Shown here: positions 9,543 through 17,843 of the stretch, in pieces
Numbering within the stretch: the stretch's first letter is position 1
Layout: every line of letters starts with the position of its first letter
Assembly: GCA_051382335.1 (NCBI GenBank)
Contig: JBBCAX010000413.1
Coordinates: 1-22,898, forward strand
Length of the DNA stretch: 22,898 bases
Reading direction: 5' to 3'
From: Deltaproteobacteria bacterium TL4
GTDB lineage: Bacteria; SAR324; NAC60-12
The notes under the pieces: model-generated
Seen by the model: the letters and a program-made list of their open reading frames with translations, nothing else
Database searches by the model: none
Told to the model about the DNA's origin: nothing
Position numbers and translations under genes: made by a program

Positions 9543-9881
9543 ATGAGAACTAAAACCTTAATAATAATGTTTCTGTTTGTGGAACTTTTGACAGGGGGGA
9601 GGGAAGTCTATTCTAATGAGCTGAAAGCTCGTGTGGCCTTTCAACGAGGAAAAGTCTACCTGCGGACACAACAGTATGACAACGCCATCAAAGCTTTCAA
9701 CGAGGCCATCCAACTCAACAACAGTTACTCGGAAGCTTATCATCAGCGAGGGAGCGCGTATTACTACCTTAAACAATATCCCCAAGCGTGCCTGGATTGG
9801 AAACAAGCCTGCACGCTGGATCTGTCGTGTTTAGGTTGGAATTTTGGGATATACCAAAACTTGTGTCAAACGCAGAAATAA
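9543..9881 (+). CDS. Small TPR-repeat protein, probably exported
   Basis: Signal-like N-terminus; TPR motifs AFQRGKVY...YDNAIKAFNEAIQL and AYHQRGSAYY; C-terminal ACLDWKQACTL. Confidence 0.85.
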   Translation: MRTKTLIIMFLFVELLTGGREVYSNELKARVAFQRGKVYLRTQQYDNAIKAFNEAIQLNNSYSEAYHQRGSAYYYLKQYPQACLDWKQACTLDLSCLGWNFGIYQNLCQTQK

Positions 9882-9893
9882 CCACCTGCGTTA

Positions 9894-11090
9894 CTAAAGA
9901 GGCTCATCAAACTCATCCAAATCATCGGACAACTCCAAATCACCATCCATAAAGTCATCCGAAAGTTCTAGTTCCTCATCATCCAGGGTGTCCTCTGAAA
10001 GGTCCAGATCCTCATCATCCAGGGTGTCCTCTGAAAGGTCCAGATCCTCATCATCCAGGGTGTCCTCTGAAAGGTTCAGATCCTCATCATAGGAATCAAC
10101 CTCCACAGAGTGATCATTACTTGGATTTTGCTCCTCTAAAACTTTGTTCGTTTCAAGTTCAACCAGGAGACTCTGCGCTAAAGCCGATAAGTGGACAGGA
10201 CGAGTTATGAAGTCGGCCGCTCCCACATTTAAGGCATTAATCCGAGTCTCCAAAGAAACAGGCCCCGCAAAGAAGATGACAGGAACATTGGGAAATTTCT
10301 GTTGTATTTCGTCTAAAGTCTTCAAAGCCTCGCTAGCTTCATCATCCCATCCTATGATAAAGATATCCGCGGGTCGTGCCTTCAGTAAAGGCCACATATT
10401 GATTCTTTTCTGAACTTTAGAAACGTCCAAACCACAGCGGCTTTTTAAATATTCAATGATAACTTCCTCTTGCTCTTCATCAATCCCCTGCATCACCACA
10501 TGTTTCCCTTCAAACTTCATGGCCGTCAACACGTCGGTATAGGAATCTTCTGGCAAAGGGGTATCCATCGGAATGTCTTCCAGCTCCTCAGAAAGATCAT
10601 CGTCAGACACCTCTTCCTGGTCTTCCTCCAATAAGGAGTCCTCATCCTCAAACAAAGAACTCTCGTCATTATCGTCCATGTCAGGAAGCTCAATTTCTTC
10701 CAGATCTTCGTCTTCATCAGGACCTGAGGCAAGCTCCAGTGCGGTATCGACGTCAACCTCCGAATAATCAGGATAGGGTTCCCCGGTCACTTCTGAGATG
10801 TAATCGCGCAGGCCGGCTTTAAGCGTTGAATCAAGAAGCGTGAATTCAATCGCTGCCTGATAGTACCATTCAATAGGCCAACACCAACGAACTTCCCCAA
10901 CCAATTCAAAATTTTCATTGAAACGAATGGTGACTTGATCTCCTTCAGCGAGGGAGTTCTCACAATGAAAGCGAGTTCCATTCAGTGAAATATCCAACCC
11001 CGTTGCCATGGAATCAGTCCATTCGGGGGTAATGACTTCGATTGTTTCTTCAAAAAGAACACGTAAATATTTTCTTCGTTCTCCTGCCAT
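9894..11090 (-). CDS. PilZ-domain protein with an acidic linker, an atypical receiver domain and an acidic repeat tail
   Basis: PilZ motifs RRKYLR (RxxxR) and DISLNG (DxSxxG); REC-like ADIFIIGWD, PVIFFAG, ALNVGAADFITRP. Confidence 0.85.
   Translation of the reverse strand: MAGERRKYLRVLFEETIEVITPEWTDSMATGLDISLNGTRFHCENSLAEGDQVTIRFNENFELVGEVRWCWPIEWYYQAAIEFTLLDSTLKAGLRDYISEVTGEPYPDYSEVDVDTALELASGPDEDEDLEEIELPDMDDNDESSLFEDEDSLLEEDQEEVSDDDLSEELEDIPMDTPLPEDSYTDVLTAMKFEGKHVVMQGIDEEQEEVIIEYLKSRCGLDVSKVQKRINMWPLLKARPADIFIIGWDDEASEALKTLDEIQQKFPNVPVIFFAGPVSLETRINALNVGAADFITRPVHLSALAQSLLVELETNKVLEEQNPSNDHSVEVDSYDEDLNLSEDTLDDEDLDLSEDTLDDEDLDLSEDTLDDEELELSDDFMDGDLELSDDLDEFDEPL
9973..10090. repeat. 36-bp intragenic tandem repeat, about 3.3 copies, encoding DEDLDLSEDTLD
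   Basis: Unit TCCTCATCATCCAGGGTGTCCTCTGAAAGGTCCAGA starts at 9973, 10009 and 10045 (one mismatch), with a partial copy at 10081. Confidence 0.95.
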
Positions 11091-11392
11091 GGACTTATCC
11101 CAATCAAATGTGAAATGATGAATGAAAATGCATTGAAAAATAAAGACACCTTTTTGTTTTCTTTCTATTCCTGTAACATTATCTACCGCATGAGTAAAGA
11201 TTTTCGTGGAATAAAATAAAAAAAATGTATTCTGAGTTATCTTGCTTCTTGGCTCTTTTTCATGTTACCCATGCTATGGCTGAAAATTTATAATAAATTT
11301 GTGAATAATTTCAATCATAAAAATAAAACATAGCCCCTGCTTCGGTTGGATGCAAGTCAGAATGAATGGAAAATTGCTTGGCGGAGTTCCTC

Positions 11393-12262
11393 ATGATCTA
11401 TGCTGTAGACGCATTGTTATTTTTAATAGTCCTAAGGTTGTTGGGATATTGGCTTGATCGTCAAACTGAAAAATCCTTCCATCGAAGGTATCAGGAACAA
11501 ACGGATGGCATTCTGCCTGGCTTAGCTTCTCAAGCTCAGGTCAATGGGCATCAAACGGCGGTGATCTTTGTGCATGGTTTTACCGATTCCGCTAAAATAT
11601 TTGATCAATTTATGCCCCATTTAAAGGGCGTGGACTGGTTTGTTCCCTTGAATCCCTTTCATGGCCGAAACTTGGAAGAAATGCTCGATTTTGATCCCTT
11701 CGTGATTGAAGAATACATCACTTCATTCATTCAGATGAAACAAAAATCTTACCAACGCCTCATTCTGGTAGGCCAATCTTTGGGAGGTTTGGTCTTGTTA
11801 CGCATTGCACAACAGCAGAAATGGAATCCTCAGCAATTCCAATTAGTCCTCATGGCACCCGCTCTTTTTCTGAAAACAAATTCCTTGTTGTATCGTACCC
11901 TCTTTGGACTCTATTTGATATTTAGAAACTATTACCCTCATGGACCAACAACCGCGGCAGATCGTCTTGCCTATCAGCCCAAACATTTCGTCAACTGGGG
12001 GTATTATGTCATCCCCGCGGTTCAGAGACTCCATTATTATTCACGCGTTGTGGAGTCCAACTTGAAAACTTTACATTTTCCACATACCCTGTTCATCGCA
12101 AAAGGTGATGGCCGCATTGATATCACCCGGCTTCAAAAATGGGGACGCCAGCATAAAGCCTGTGATTTAAGAATTCTTGGGGAGGGAAAACATCAATTGT
12201 ATTGGAGTCATCACGTCCACATCATTGTGCATCATGTCCAAAACTGTATTGATCAGGAATAG
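11393..12262 (+). CDS. Membrane-anchored alpha/beta hydrolase (carboxylesterase/lipase-like)
   Basis: N-terminal TM segment, VIFVHGF, nucleophile elbow GQSLG, candidate Asp (KGDG) and His (GKHQ). ATG 11393 has a GGAG SD; the track start is 11366. Confidence 0.88.
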   Translation: MIYAVDALLFLIVLRLLGYWLDRQTEKSFHRRYQEQTDGILPGLASQAQVNGHQTAVIFVHGFTDSAKIFDQFMPHLKGVDWFVPLNPFHGRNLEEMLDFDPFVIEEYITSFIQMKQKSYQRLILVGQSLGGLVLLRIAQQQKWNPQQFQLVLMAPALFLKTNSLLYRTLFGLYLIFRNYYPHGPTTAADRLAYQPKHFVNWGYYVIPAVQRLHYYSRVVESNLKTLHFPHTLFIAKGDGRIDITRLQKWGRQHKACDLRILGEGKHQLYWSHHVHIIVHHVQNCIDQE

Positions 12263-12352
12263 CTGATTTCTATGAGTAAATTTGAAGAACTCCAGTTACG
12301 TTTTTAAACGATAACAGGTTTTAATGACCCACACCTCCTAAGGAGCTTGCTT

Positions 12353-12928
12353 ATGGATTCTGAAAAAATTGAACTTGGGTTTCGTCTTGTGCTGGAAGGC
12401 TTAGGACTGGATCTGAATAATCCTCACTTTAGAGAAACGCCCAGCCGTGTAGCCCGCGCCTGGATGGATGAATTATGTATTGGACTGAGAGAAAAACAAT
12501 TTTCGTTAACGACGTTTCCTGTTGATGCTGACTATCAGCCAAGTATGGTGGTTTTACAGCAAATTCCGGTACGTTCCATCTGCGCCCATCATCTGCTTCC
12601 CTTTGTTGGCGAAGCCACGGTTGCCTATATTCCCGACTCTCAACTCTGCGGGTTATCCAAACTATCCCGTGTGGTTGATTTTTTTTCTCGACGTCCTCAA
12701 GTTCAGGAAAATTTGACGAATGATATTTGCCAGTATTTGAATAAGGTACTTCGTCCCCAAGGGGTAGGGATTATCGTAAAAGCCTCTCACATGTGTATGG
12801 CCTTGAGAGGAGTCAGTCATCCCGGAACAATGACAACCAGTTCCTTAATCGGATGTTTCATGGAGGATCCTACGGTTCGTGCGGAGTTTATGTCTTTAGC
12901 GCATTCGAATGAACCTATCATGCGCTGA
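12353..12928 (+). CDS. folE: GTP cyclohydrolase I
   Basis: ETPSRVARAW, SICAHHLLPF, GLSKLSR, RRPQVQE, HMCMALRG; AGGAG SD before ATG 12353. Confidence 0.96.
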   Translation: MDSEKIELGFRLVLEGLGLDLNNPHFRETPSRVARAWMDELCIGLREKQFSLTTFPVDADYQPSMVVLQQIPVRSICAHHLLPFVGEATVAYIPDSQLCGLSKLSRVVDFFSRRPQVQENLTNDICQYLNKVLRPQGVGIIVKASHMCMALRGVSHPGTMTTSSLIGCFMEDPTVRAEFMSLAHSNEPIMR

Positions 12929-12937
12929 GCATCATTA

Positions 12938-13122
12938 GGAGACTGTCCGAGCTAGGTTGAGGAGGGGCCGCAACGCGGCATCCGGCAAAACGGGTGTTTC
13001 AGAGGGGAACCCTGGGGCTACCCCCTCCTGCCGTAAAGTGAGCGTTCTCAAACACCTCCCGAGACCAAACATGAGTTTTGCGAGTTTCGCTTTTGAGAAC
13101 AGCAGGTTTCCGACGGAAGCCC
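12938..13122. mobile_element. Possible MITE-like insertion between convergent genes
   Basis: GC-richer 185-bp segment flanked by TTA on both sides (12935-12937, 13123-13125), with weak terminal inverted repeats and internal stems. Confidence 0.35.
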
Positions 13123-13485
13123 TTAAATCGAATCAAGCTTCTTCAGCACGTCATGAAGTTCATGAAGTTCGAAAGGCTTGGGCAGGATTGTCTTTACACC
13201 CAGTTTTAAAAACTCTGCCGAATATCGTTCTTCATCATCGCCGGTCATCATGATGATGGGCAGATGAAAACCCTGTTTTCGTATTTTTTTAACAAAGGTG
13301 AGACCATCCATGACAGGCATTCGAACATCAATAATCATGGCCTGAAAATCGTGGGGCCGGGTTGAGAAGAGATCCCAACCTTCAACACCATTTTCTGCCA
13401 CTTCGATTTCATGCCCTGCTTCCTGCACGTACTCTGACACAATTTCCCTTAAAATCGGATCATCATCTAAAACTAATATTTTCAT
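13123..13485 (-). CDS. Single-domain response regulator (CheY-like receiver)
   Basis: ILVLDDD, IIDVRMPVMDG, IIMMTG, LPKPF. Confidence 0.95.
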   Translation of the reverse strand: MKILVLDDDPILREIVSEYVQEAGHEIEVAENGVEGWDLFSTRPHDFQAMIIDVRMPVMDGLTFVKKIRKQGFHLPIIMMTGDDEERYSAEFLKLGVKTILPKPFELHELHDVLKKLDSI

Positions 13486-13582
13486 AGAACTACATGCTTC
13501 AAAAAGGATTCATTTATGGCCTCAGGTCCAAGCCGGGACAGTTGTGATAAAATATAGACGTTCAATTATCGGTGAAGGCCCT

Positions 13583-14605
13583 TTAATTGTCCGGGTCTGA
13601 TGTCTCTTTTTCCACGTCTTGAGCTAAAAGGATCTGTATGGCTTTTCGAACAGCTTGATAAGGGTTTTTAAGTACAATCTCTTTCCCAATCTCTGTTTCC
13701 AATTCTGTAGTATCCGAAAAATGCGAAAACCCTACCAACTCGATTTGTTTTGCAAGGGATTGGGTTTTTTTTGCGGGTAACCGATGGAGTATCTGGGGAA
13801 CCCAAGCAGGAAGAGGCAGCGTCAGTTTGGTGTCAGGTAATTGATAAGTCGTCCGTAACTCCATAAGAATTTGTTGAAGCGATACAGGTTGACGATAACC
13901 AATATTCAAGGCTCGGCAAGTGCTTGTCTTTTCTGAGGCACGACTTACAATTTTTTGAGCAAGCGTTAAAATAATTTCGCCGTAATCATCAACATCCATG
14001 ATCGAAAATTTCTGATTACCTGTCCCTATCAGAATTCTTTTTTCAACAAGCGTCAGAAATCCAGGCATGGTCAAACGATCGCCACTTCCCATTAAAAATC
14101 TGGGTCTCAACACAAAGGCACTTTTATTCTGGGCCGTCATCTTTCCCAGAATCAAGGCTTCTGAAGCCGCATGAGACTGAGCCAAATCCGTTTGAGGTTG
14201 GATCTTTGCATTTTCCTGAACGCCTTCCTGTTTTCCTTCACCATAAACAGACATGGAACTTCCATAAACCACACCTAACGCGTCAGAGGTCATGGCTTCT
14301 AGCAAACGACGGGTCCCTTCAACATTAGCTTTCTCAAAACCTGTTCCTTCGAGATCGACTTGCTTTGTCCCCAAATGAACCACAACATAGGGGGCTTTGG
14401 GAAACAACTCAGACGGGATTGCTGATAATTCCCCTGCAATTGTTCTCACAAAAGGATAGGGGAACTCTTGTTTTGGATTTCGTACTAACGCATGAACTTC
14501 AACACTGTTTTCGACTAACAAGTTCAAACGTCTCAAGAATGCCGAACCGACAAATCCTGTCCCTCCCAAAAGCACAATCCGAAGCGGTGCCTGTACCACA
14601 CTCAT
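13583..14605 (-). CDS. NAD-dependent epimerase/dehydratase family (extended or atypical SDR)
   Basis: GGTGFVG Rossmann motif, NVEGT, SSMSVYG, VLRP. The YxxxK position reads LAQSH. Confidence 0.88.
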   Translation of the reverse strand: MSVVQAPLRIVLLGGTGFVGSAFLRRLNLLVENSVEVHALVRNPKQEFPYPFVRTIAGELSAIPSELFPKAPYVVVHLGTKQVDLEGTGFEKANVEGTRRLLEAMTSDALGVVYGSSMSVYGEGKQEGVQENAKIQPQTDLAQSHAASEALILGKMTAQNKSAFVLRPRFLMGSGDRLTMPGFLTLVEKRILIGTGNQKFSIMDVDDYGEIILTLAQKIVSRASEKTSTCRALNIGYRQPVSLQQILMELRTTYQLPDTKLTLPLPAWVPQILHRLPAKKTQSLAKQIELVGFSHFSDTTELETEIGKEIVLKNPYQAVRKAIQILLAQDVEKETSDPDN

Positions 14606-14969
14606 AATTGATCCTTAATCCATCAAATTCAAGGAATTTCAGTTTTCGTTGCAAAACGACTTTTAATACATGATCTCAGTCTCTCCTAACATCCTCATGA
14701 ATATTCGTCCAGTATTTTATAAAAGAAAATTTATCTTTTATTTGGGGAACATCAGTCCTTAATTCGGAATAGCAGAGTTTTTCATTCATGATTGCCCCTC
14801 CCTTGAATCCCCGTTGACGAAGCCTTGGAACGAACTTTCGCCTGGAACCGGATCCTTTTTATCAATAGAGAACCCTTGAGACTCTCAATTAAAGGTGCTA
14901 TTTTGCACGCACTCCTCATTTTCATTGTACGATTATTTTAGAAAATTATTCTGTAGCTAGGAAGTGGAT

Positions 14970-15755
14970 ATGGCTTATCATAAAGTAAATGGCATCAACC
15001 TGTATTATGAAACGCTTGGCCAAGGGGAACCCCTTATGATGATCATGGGGTGGACCGCAAACAAGGATTATTGGCCTAAAGCGTTTTTAGAAAATTTATC
15101 ACAGCACTATCAACTGATTTTGTTTGATAATCGAGGTTCCGGCAGGTCTGAGTCTTCTCCCGGACCCTATCGTGTGAAACAATTTGCGCATGACACTTTG
15201 AATCTGATGGATTCGTTAAGGATTGAACGCGCTCATATTCTTGGAATTTCTTTGGGGGGAATGATTGCTCAAGATCTTGCTTTAGAAGCACCCGAACGCG
15301 TCAATAAATTGATTTTGGGGTGCACTTCCAGCGGCCTCTTAAGGAATGTGATGGTTTCTTCGGGGCTTGTTTTCGGATTGCTTAAATACCTGGTCTCTCC
15401 TGAAATGAATTATTATCATCTTTTGAATTATTTGACTTTTTCGAGAGATACGCGGGATGTTGGCGTTCGTGAGGCAATCAAAGCCGGTTTTATCGCGCCA
15501 GCCAGTGGCAAGGACCAACTGAAACAATTAGGGGCTGTTTTCAATTTTAACAGTTACGGTCATTTAAAAAATATCACGTCTCCCACGCTGGTGATTGTAG
15601 GCACAAAAGATATGCTCATCTCTCCGAAACACTCAGAATTACTCGCAAAAAACATTCCCAACGCAAAACTGGTTCAGTTGAAAGGCATGAGTCACGCTTT
15701 TTTTGTGGATGCCCCTGATAAATTCTATAAAGAGGTCGTTTCCTTTCTTGAATGA
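14970..15755 (+). CDS. Alpha/beta hydrolase (enol-lactonase/MhpC-like)
   Basis: LYYETLGQGEPL, FDNRGSGRS, GISLGG, PTLVIVGTKD, MSH. Start at ATG 14970 or GTG 14964. Confidence 0.93.
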   Translation: MAYHKVNGINLYYETLGQGEPLMMIMGWTANKDYWPKAFLENLSQHYQLILFDNRGSGRSESSPGPYRVKQFAHDTLNLMDSLRIERAHILGISLGGMIAQDLALEAPERVNKLILGCTSSGLLRNVMVSSGLVFGLLKYLVSPEMNYYHLLNYLTFSRDTRDVGVREAIKAGFIAPASGKDQLKQLGAVFNFNSYGHLKNITSPTLVIVGTKDMLISPKHSELLAKNIPNAKLVQLKGMSHAFFVDAPDKFYKEVVSFLE

Positions 15756-15848
15756 AAGCTTGAGATCGACATTCCTCTCAACAGATTCATTTTGATGTCT
15801 AAGAAAAAGAGGGCACCTAGCTCACCGAAAAAAGTTTTGAATTTTTTA

Positions 15849-16853
15849 TTAAATTATCGGTCCTAATTGGTCCAGAGGGCTTTTGAGACCGTCAATATGA
15901 TGTTTCATGACATGAGTATAAATTTCTGTCGTTTTGACATCGGCATGACCCAATAGATTTTGGAGGACTCTGATGTTTACACCATTTTCTAACATATGTG
16001 TTGCAAAGCTGTGACGAAGTGTATGACACCCAATACGTTTTGGAATTCCTGATTGACCACTTGCTCGCGTTACAGCCTTTTGTAAACCAGACTCTAACAC
16101 ATGTTGCCTCATTTCCCGCCCTGATCGTGGATCAATGGATCTATTTTTGGCAGGAAACACATATTGCCAAATGCTTTCTTTTGAAGCATTAGGATATTTT
16201 CTCTCTAAAGCATAAGGTAAATAGACTTCTCCAAACCCTTCTTCCAGATCTTTATGATGAAGGGCAATAACTTGATCAATATGTCTCTTTAATTCCTCTC
16301 GAATATTTTGAGGTAAAAGTGTTGTCCTGTCTTTACCTCCCTTACCCCCTCTCACAAATATTTTACTTTGACCAAAGTCGACATCTTGAATACGCAGTCG
16401 GATACATTCCATCAAGCGCAAGCCCGATCCATAAATGATTTTAGCCATCAATAAATGGATGCCGTTGATATGTATAAGCAACTGCTGAACTTCAGCCTGA
16501 GTTAAAACCGTCGGAGGATGTACCGCTTTCTTCGATCGTGATGGCGCTATCTCCTCCTTCAGCGGAAGATCCAAAACCTTACTATAAAGAAAAACGATGG
16601 CGTTCAAAGCCTGATGCTGAGTAGCAGAAGCCACATTTCCTTCATTTGCAAGATGAGACAGAAATTTTTCAACATCCCGAGCGCCTAATTCCCTTGGATG
16701 CGTTTGTCCTCCAAAAAAACGAATATATCTCAATATCCATTGACAATAAGTGGTTTCTGTGCGATAGGCGTAATGATGATAGCGGAGAACTTCTCGTACT
16801 TGATCCATTAACCTGGCTTTGGGATCTGGGCGAAATTTAGGACTATTTTCCAT
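15849..16853 (-). CDS. intI: Integron integrase
   Basis: N-terminal LMDQVREVLRYHHYAYRTE; tyrosine-recombinase residues GLRLME, HTLRH, LLGH, TEIYTH; IntI-specific insertion EVYLPYALERKYP...WQYVFP. Confidence 0.97.
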   Translation of the reverse strand: MENSPKFRPDPKARLMDQVREVLRYHHYAYRTETTYCQWILRYIRFFGGQTHPRELGARDVEKFLSHLANEGNVASATQHQALNAIVFLYSKVLDLPLKEEIAPSRSKKAVHPPTVLTQAEVQQLLIHINGIHLLMAKIIYGSGLRLMECIRLRIQDVDFGQSKIFVRGGKGGKDRTTLLPQNIREELKRHIDQVIALHHKDLEEGFGEVYLPYALERKYPNASKESIWQYVFPAKNRSIDPRSGREMRQHVLESGLQKAVTRASGQSGIPKRIGCHTLRHSFATHMLENGVNIRVLQNLLGHADVKTTEIYTHVMKHHIDGLKSPLDQLGPII

Positions 16854-16959
16854 GTGGTTCTCATAATATCACAATAAGTGGACAAAATAATATTGAAAAT
16901 CAATAAGTAGAATAGTTTTCTACTTATGTCAATTCAATATTAAATCATGTAGAAAAAAC

Positions 16960-17015
16960 GGTAATATATAAACAGTAATATGATGGAATTATTTCCACTT
17001 ATTGCTCTGTTAGGC
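16960..17015 (+). other. attI: attI site, crossover G/TTAGGC at 17009/17010 (left boundary approximate)
   Basis: GTTAGGCC (17009-17016) fits GTTRRRY and is the reverse complement of GGCCTAAC (17758-17765) in the first attC. The sequence changes abruptly from AT-rich to GC-rich here. Confidence 0.85.
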
Positions 17016-17026
17016 CATTGAACCAG

Positions 17027-17743
17027 ATGATCGAACTTCTCATACTCTTTTTCGCGGCATTCGTCGCCGCAGCAATATCAGGCGCTGCGGGATTTGGAGG
17101 AGCCCTTCTTCTTTTGCCGCTGCTTGTGGCAACGGTTGGCGTGACACAGGCTGTTCCGTTGCTGACCATCGCACAGCTAATAGGCAATCTCTCAAGAGCT
17201 GGATTCGGCTTCACACATATTCACTGGAAGCCGGTGGGGCTTTTTCTACTCGGCGCGATCCCGCTCAGCGTGATAGGTGCTATGTCGTTCGTCCAGCTAC
17301 CGAAGGATTTGGTCACACGTGCGATTGGCGCCGCCATCCTGATATTCGTTGCATTGAAGTATTTCGGTATATTGAAGCTCAAGGGTGGCCTTAGGCTGTT
17401 GGTAGTGGGCGGAGGGGTGGTCGGATTCCTATCGGGCCTGGTGGGCAGCGCCGGGCCTCTTGGCGCCGCGATCTTCTTGTCGCTCGGCTTGCCTCCAGTA
17501 GCCTACATTGCCAGCGAGGCGACGACCGCGGTTGTGATGCACGGCGTAAAAACAGTGGTCTATCAGCAGTACATTACCCTTGATCGGGAATTTTGGGTTC
17601 TGGCTGCGCTGATGGGTGTTGCAATGATTCTTGGAACATGGGCAGCCAAGCGAATTATTGAGCGCCTGCCAAAGGAAATATTTCAGAGGCTTGTGTTCGG
17701 ACTGTTGGTCATTATTGCCGTTTATATGGTGGTCCATGGTTAG
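17027..17743 (+). CDS. Cassette 1: TauE/SafE (TSUP, DUF81) family membrane exporter
   Basis: Multi-TM protein with ISGAAGFGGALLLLP and the internal repeat GFLSGLVGSAGP. Start at ATG 17027 or TTG 17018. Confidence 0.9.
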   Translation: MIELLILFFAAFVAAAISGAAGFGGALLLLPLLVATVGVTQAVPLLTIAQLIGNLSRAGFGFTHIHWKPVGLFLLGAIPLSVIGAMSFVQLPKDLVTRAIGAAILIFVALKYFGILKLKGGLRLLVVGGGVVGFLSGLVGSAGPLGAAIFLSLGLPPVAYIASEATTAVVMHGVKTVVYQQYITLDREFWVLAALMGVAMILGTWAAKRIIERLPKEIFQRLVFGLLVIIAVYMVVHG

Positions 17744-17758
17744 CCGGGAGGGCATCGG

Positions 17759-17830
17759 GCCTAACAAGTTGCTGCACGCGGATAAATTACTCGCTGCGCT
17801 CCTAATTTACCGGTGAGCAAAGCGTTCGAC
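17759..17830 (+). other. attC: attC site 1 (72 bp)
   Basis: R'' GCCTAAC; GCT(G)CAC pairs with GTGAGC; CGG(A)TAAATTA pairs with TAATTTACCG; R' GTTCGAC at 17824-17830. Confidence 0.93.
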
Positions 17831-17843
17831 TAGAAAACAAACC

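Noticed and set aside
9973..10090. 36-bp repeats as a CRISPR array
   Set aside because: The units abut with no spacers, keep the reading frame inside a CDS, and no cas genes are present.
12957..13253. 98-aa plus-strand ORF
   Set aside because: It has a TTG start inside the putative MITE and overlaps the receiver gene antisense.
14895..14908. GTGC-N6-GCAC palindrome as an NtrC site
   Set aside because: It is short, has the wrong arrangement for TGCAC-N7-GTGCA, and I saw no sigma54 -24/-12 element nearby.
16740..16768. Pc promoter inside intI (TTGACA at 16740)
   Set aside because: The -35 is perfect but the hexamer 17 bp downstream (GATAGG) is a poor -10, so Pc could not be placed.
16959..16977. 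E. coli-type LexA box upstream of intI (CGGT-AATATATAA-ACAGTA)
   Set aside because: One half-site is good, but the other is CGGT and the spacer is 9 nt rather than 8; not enough to call in AT-rich DNA.
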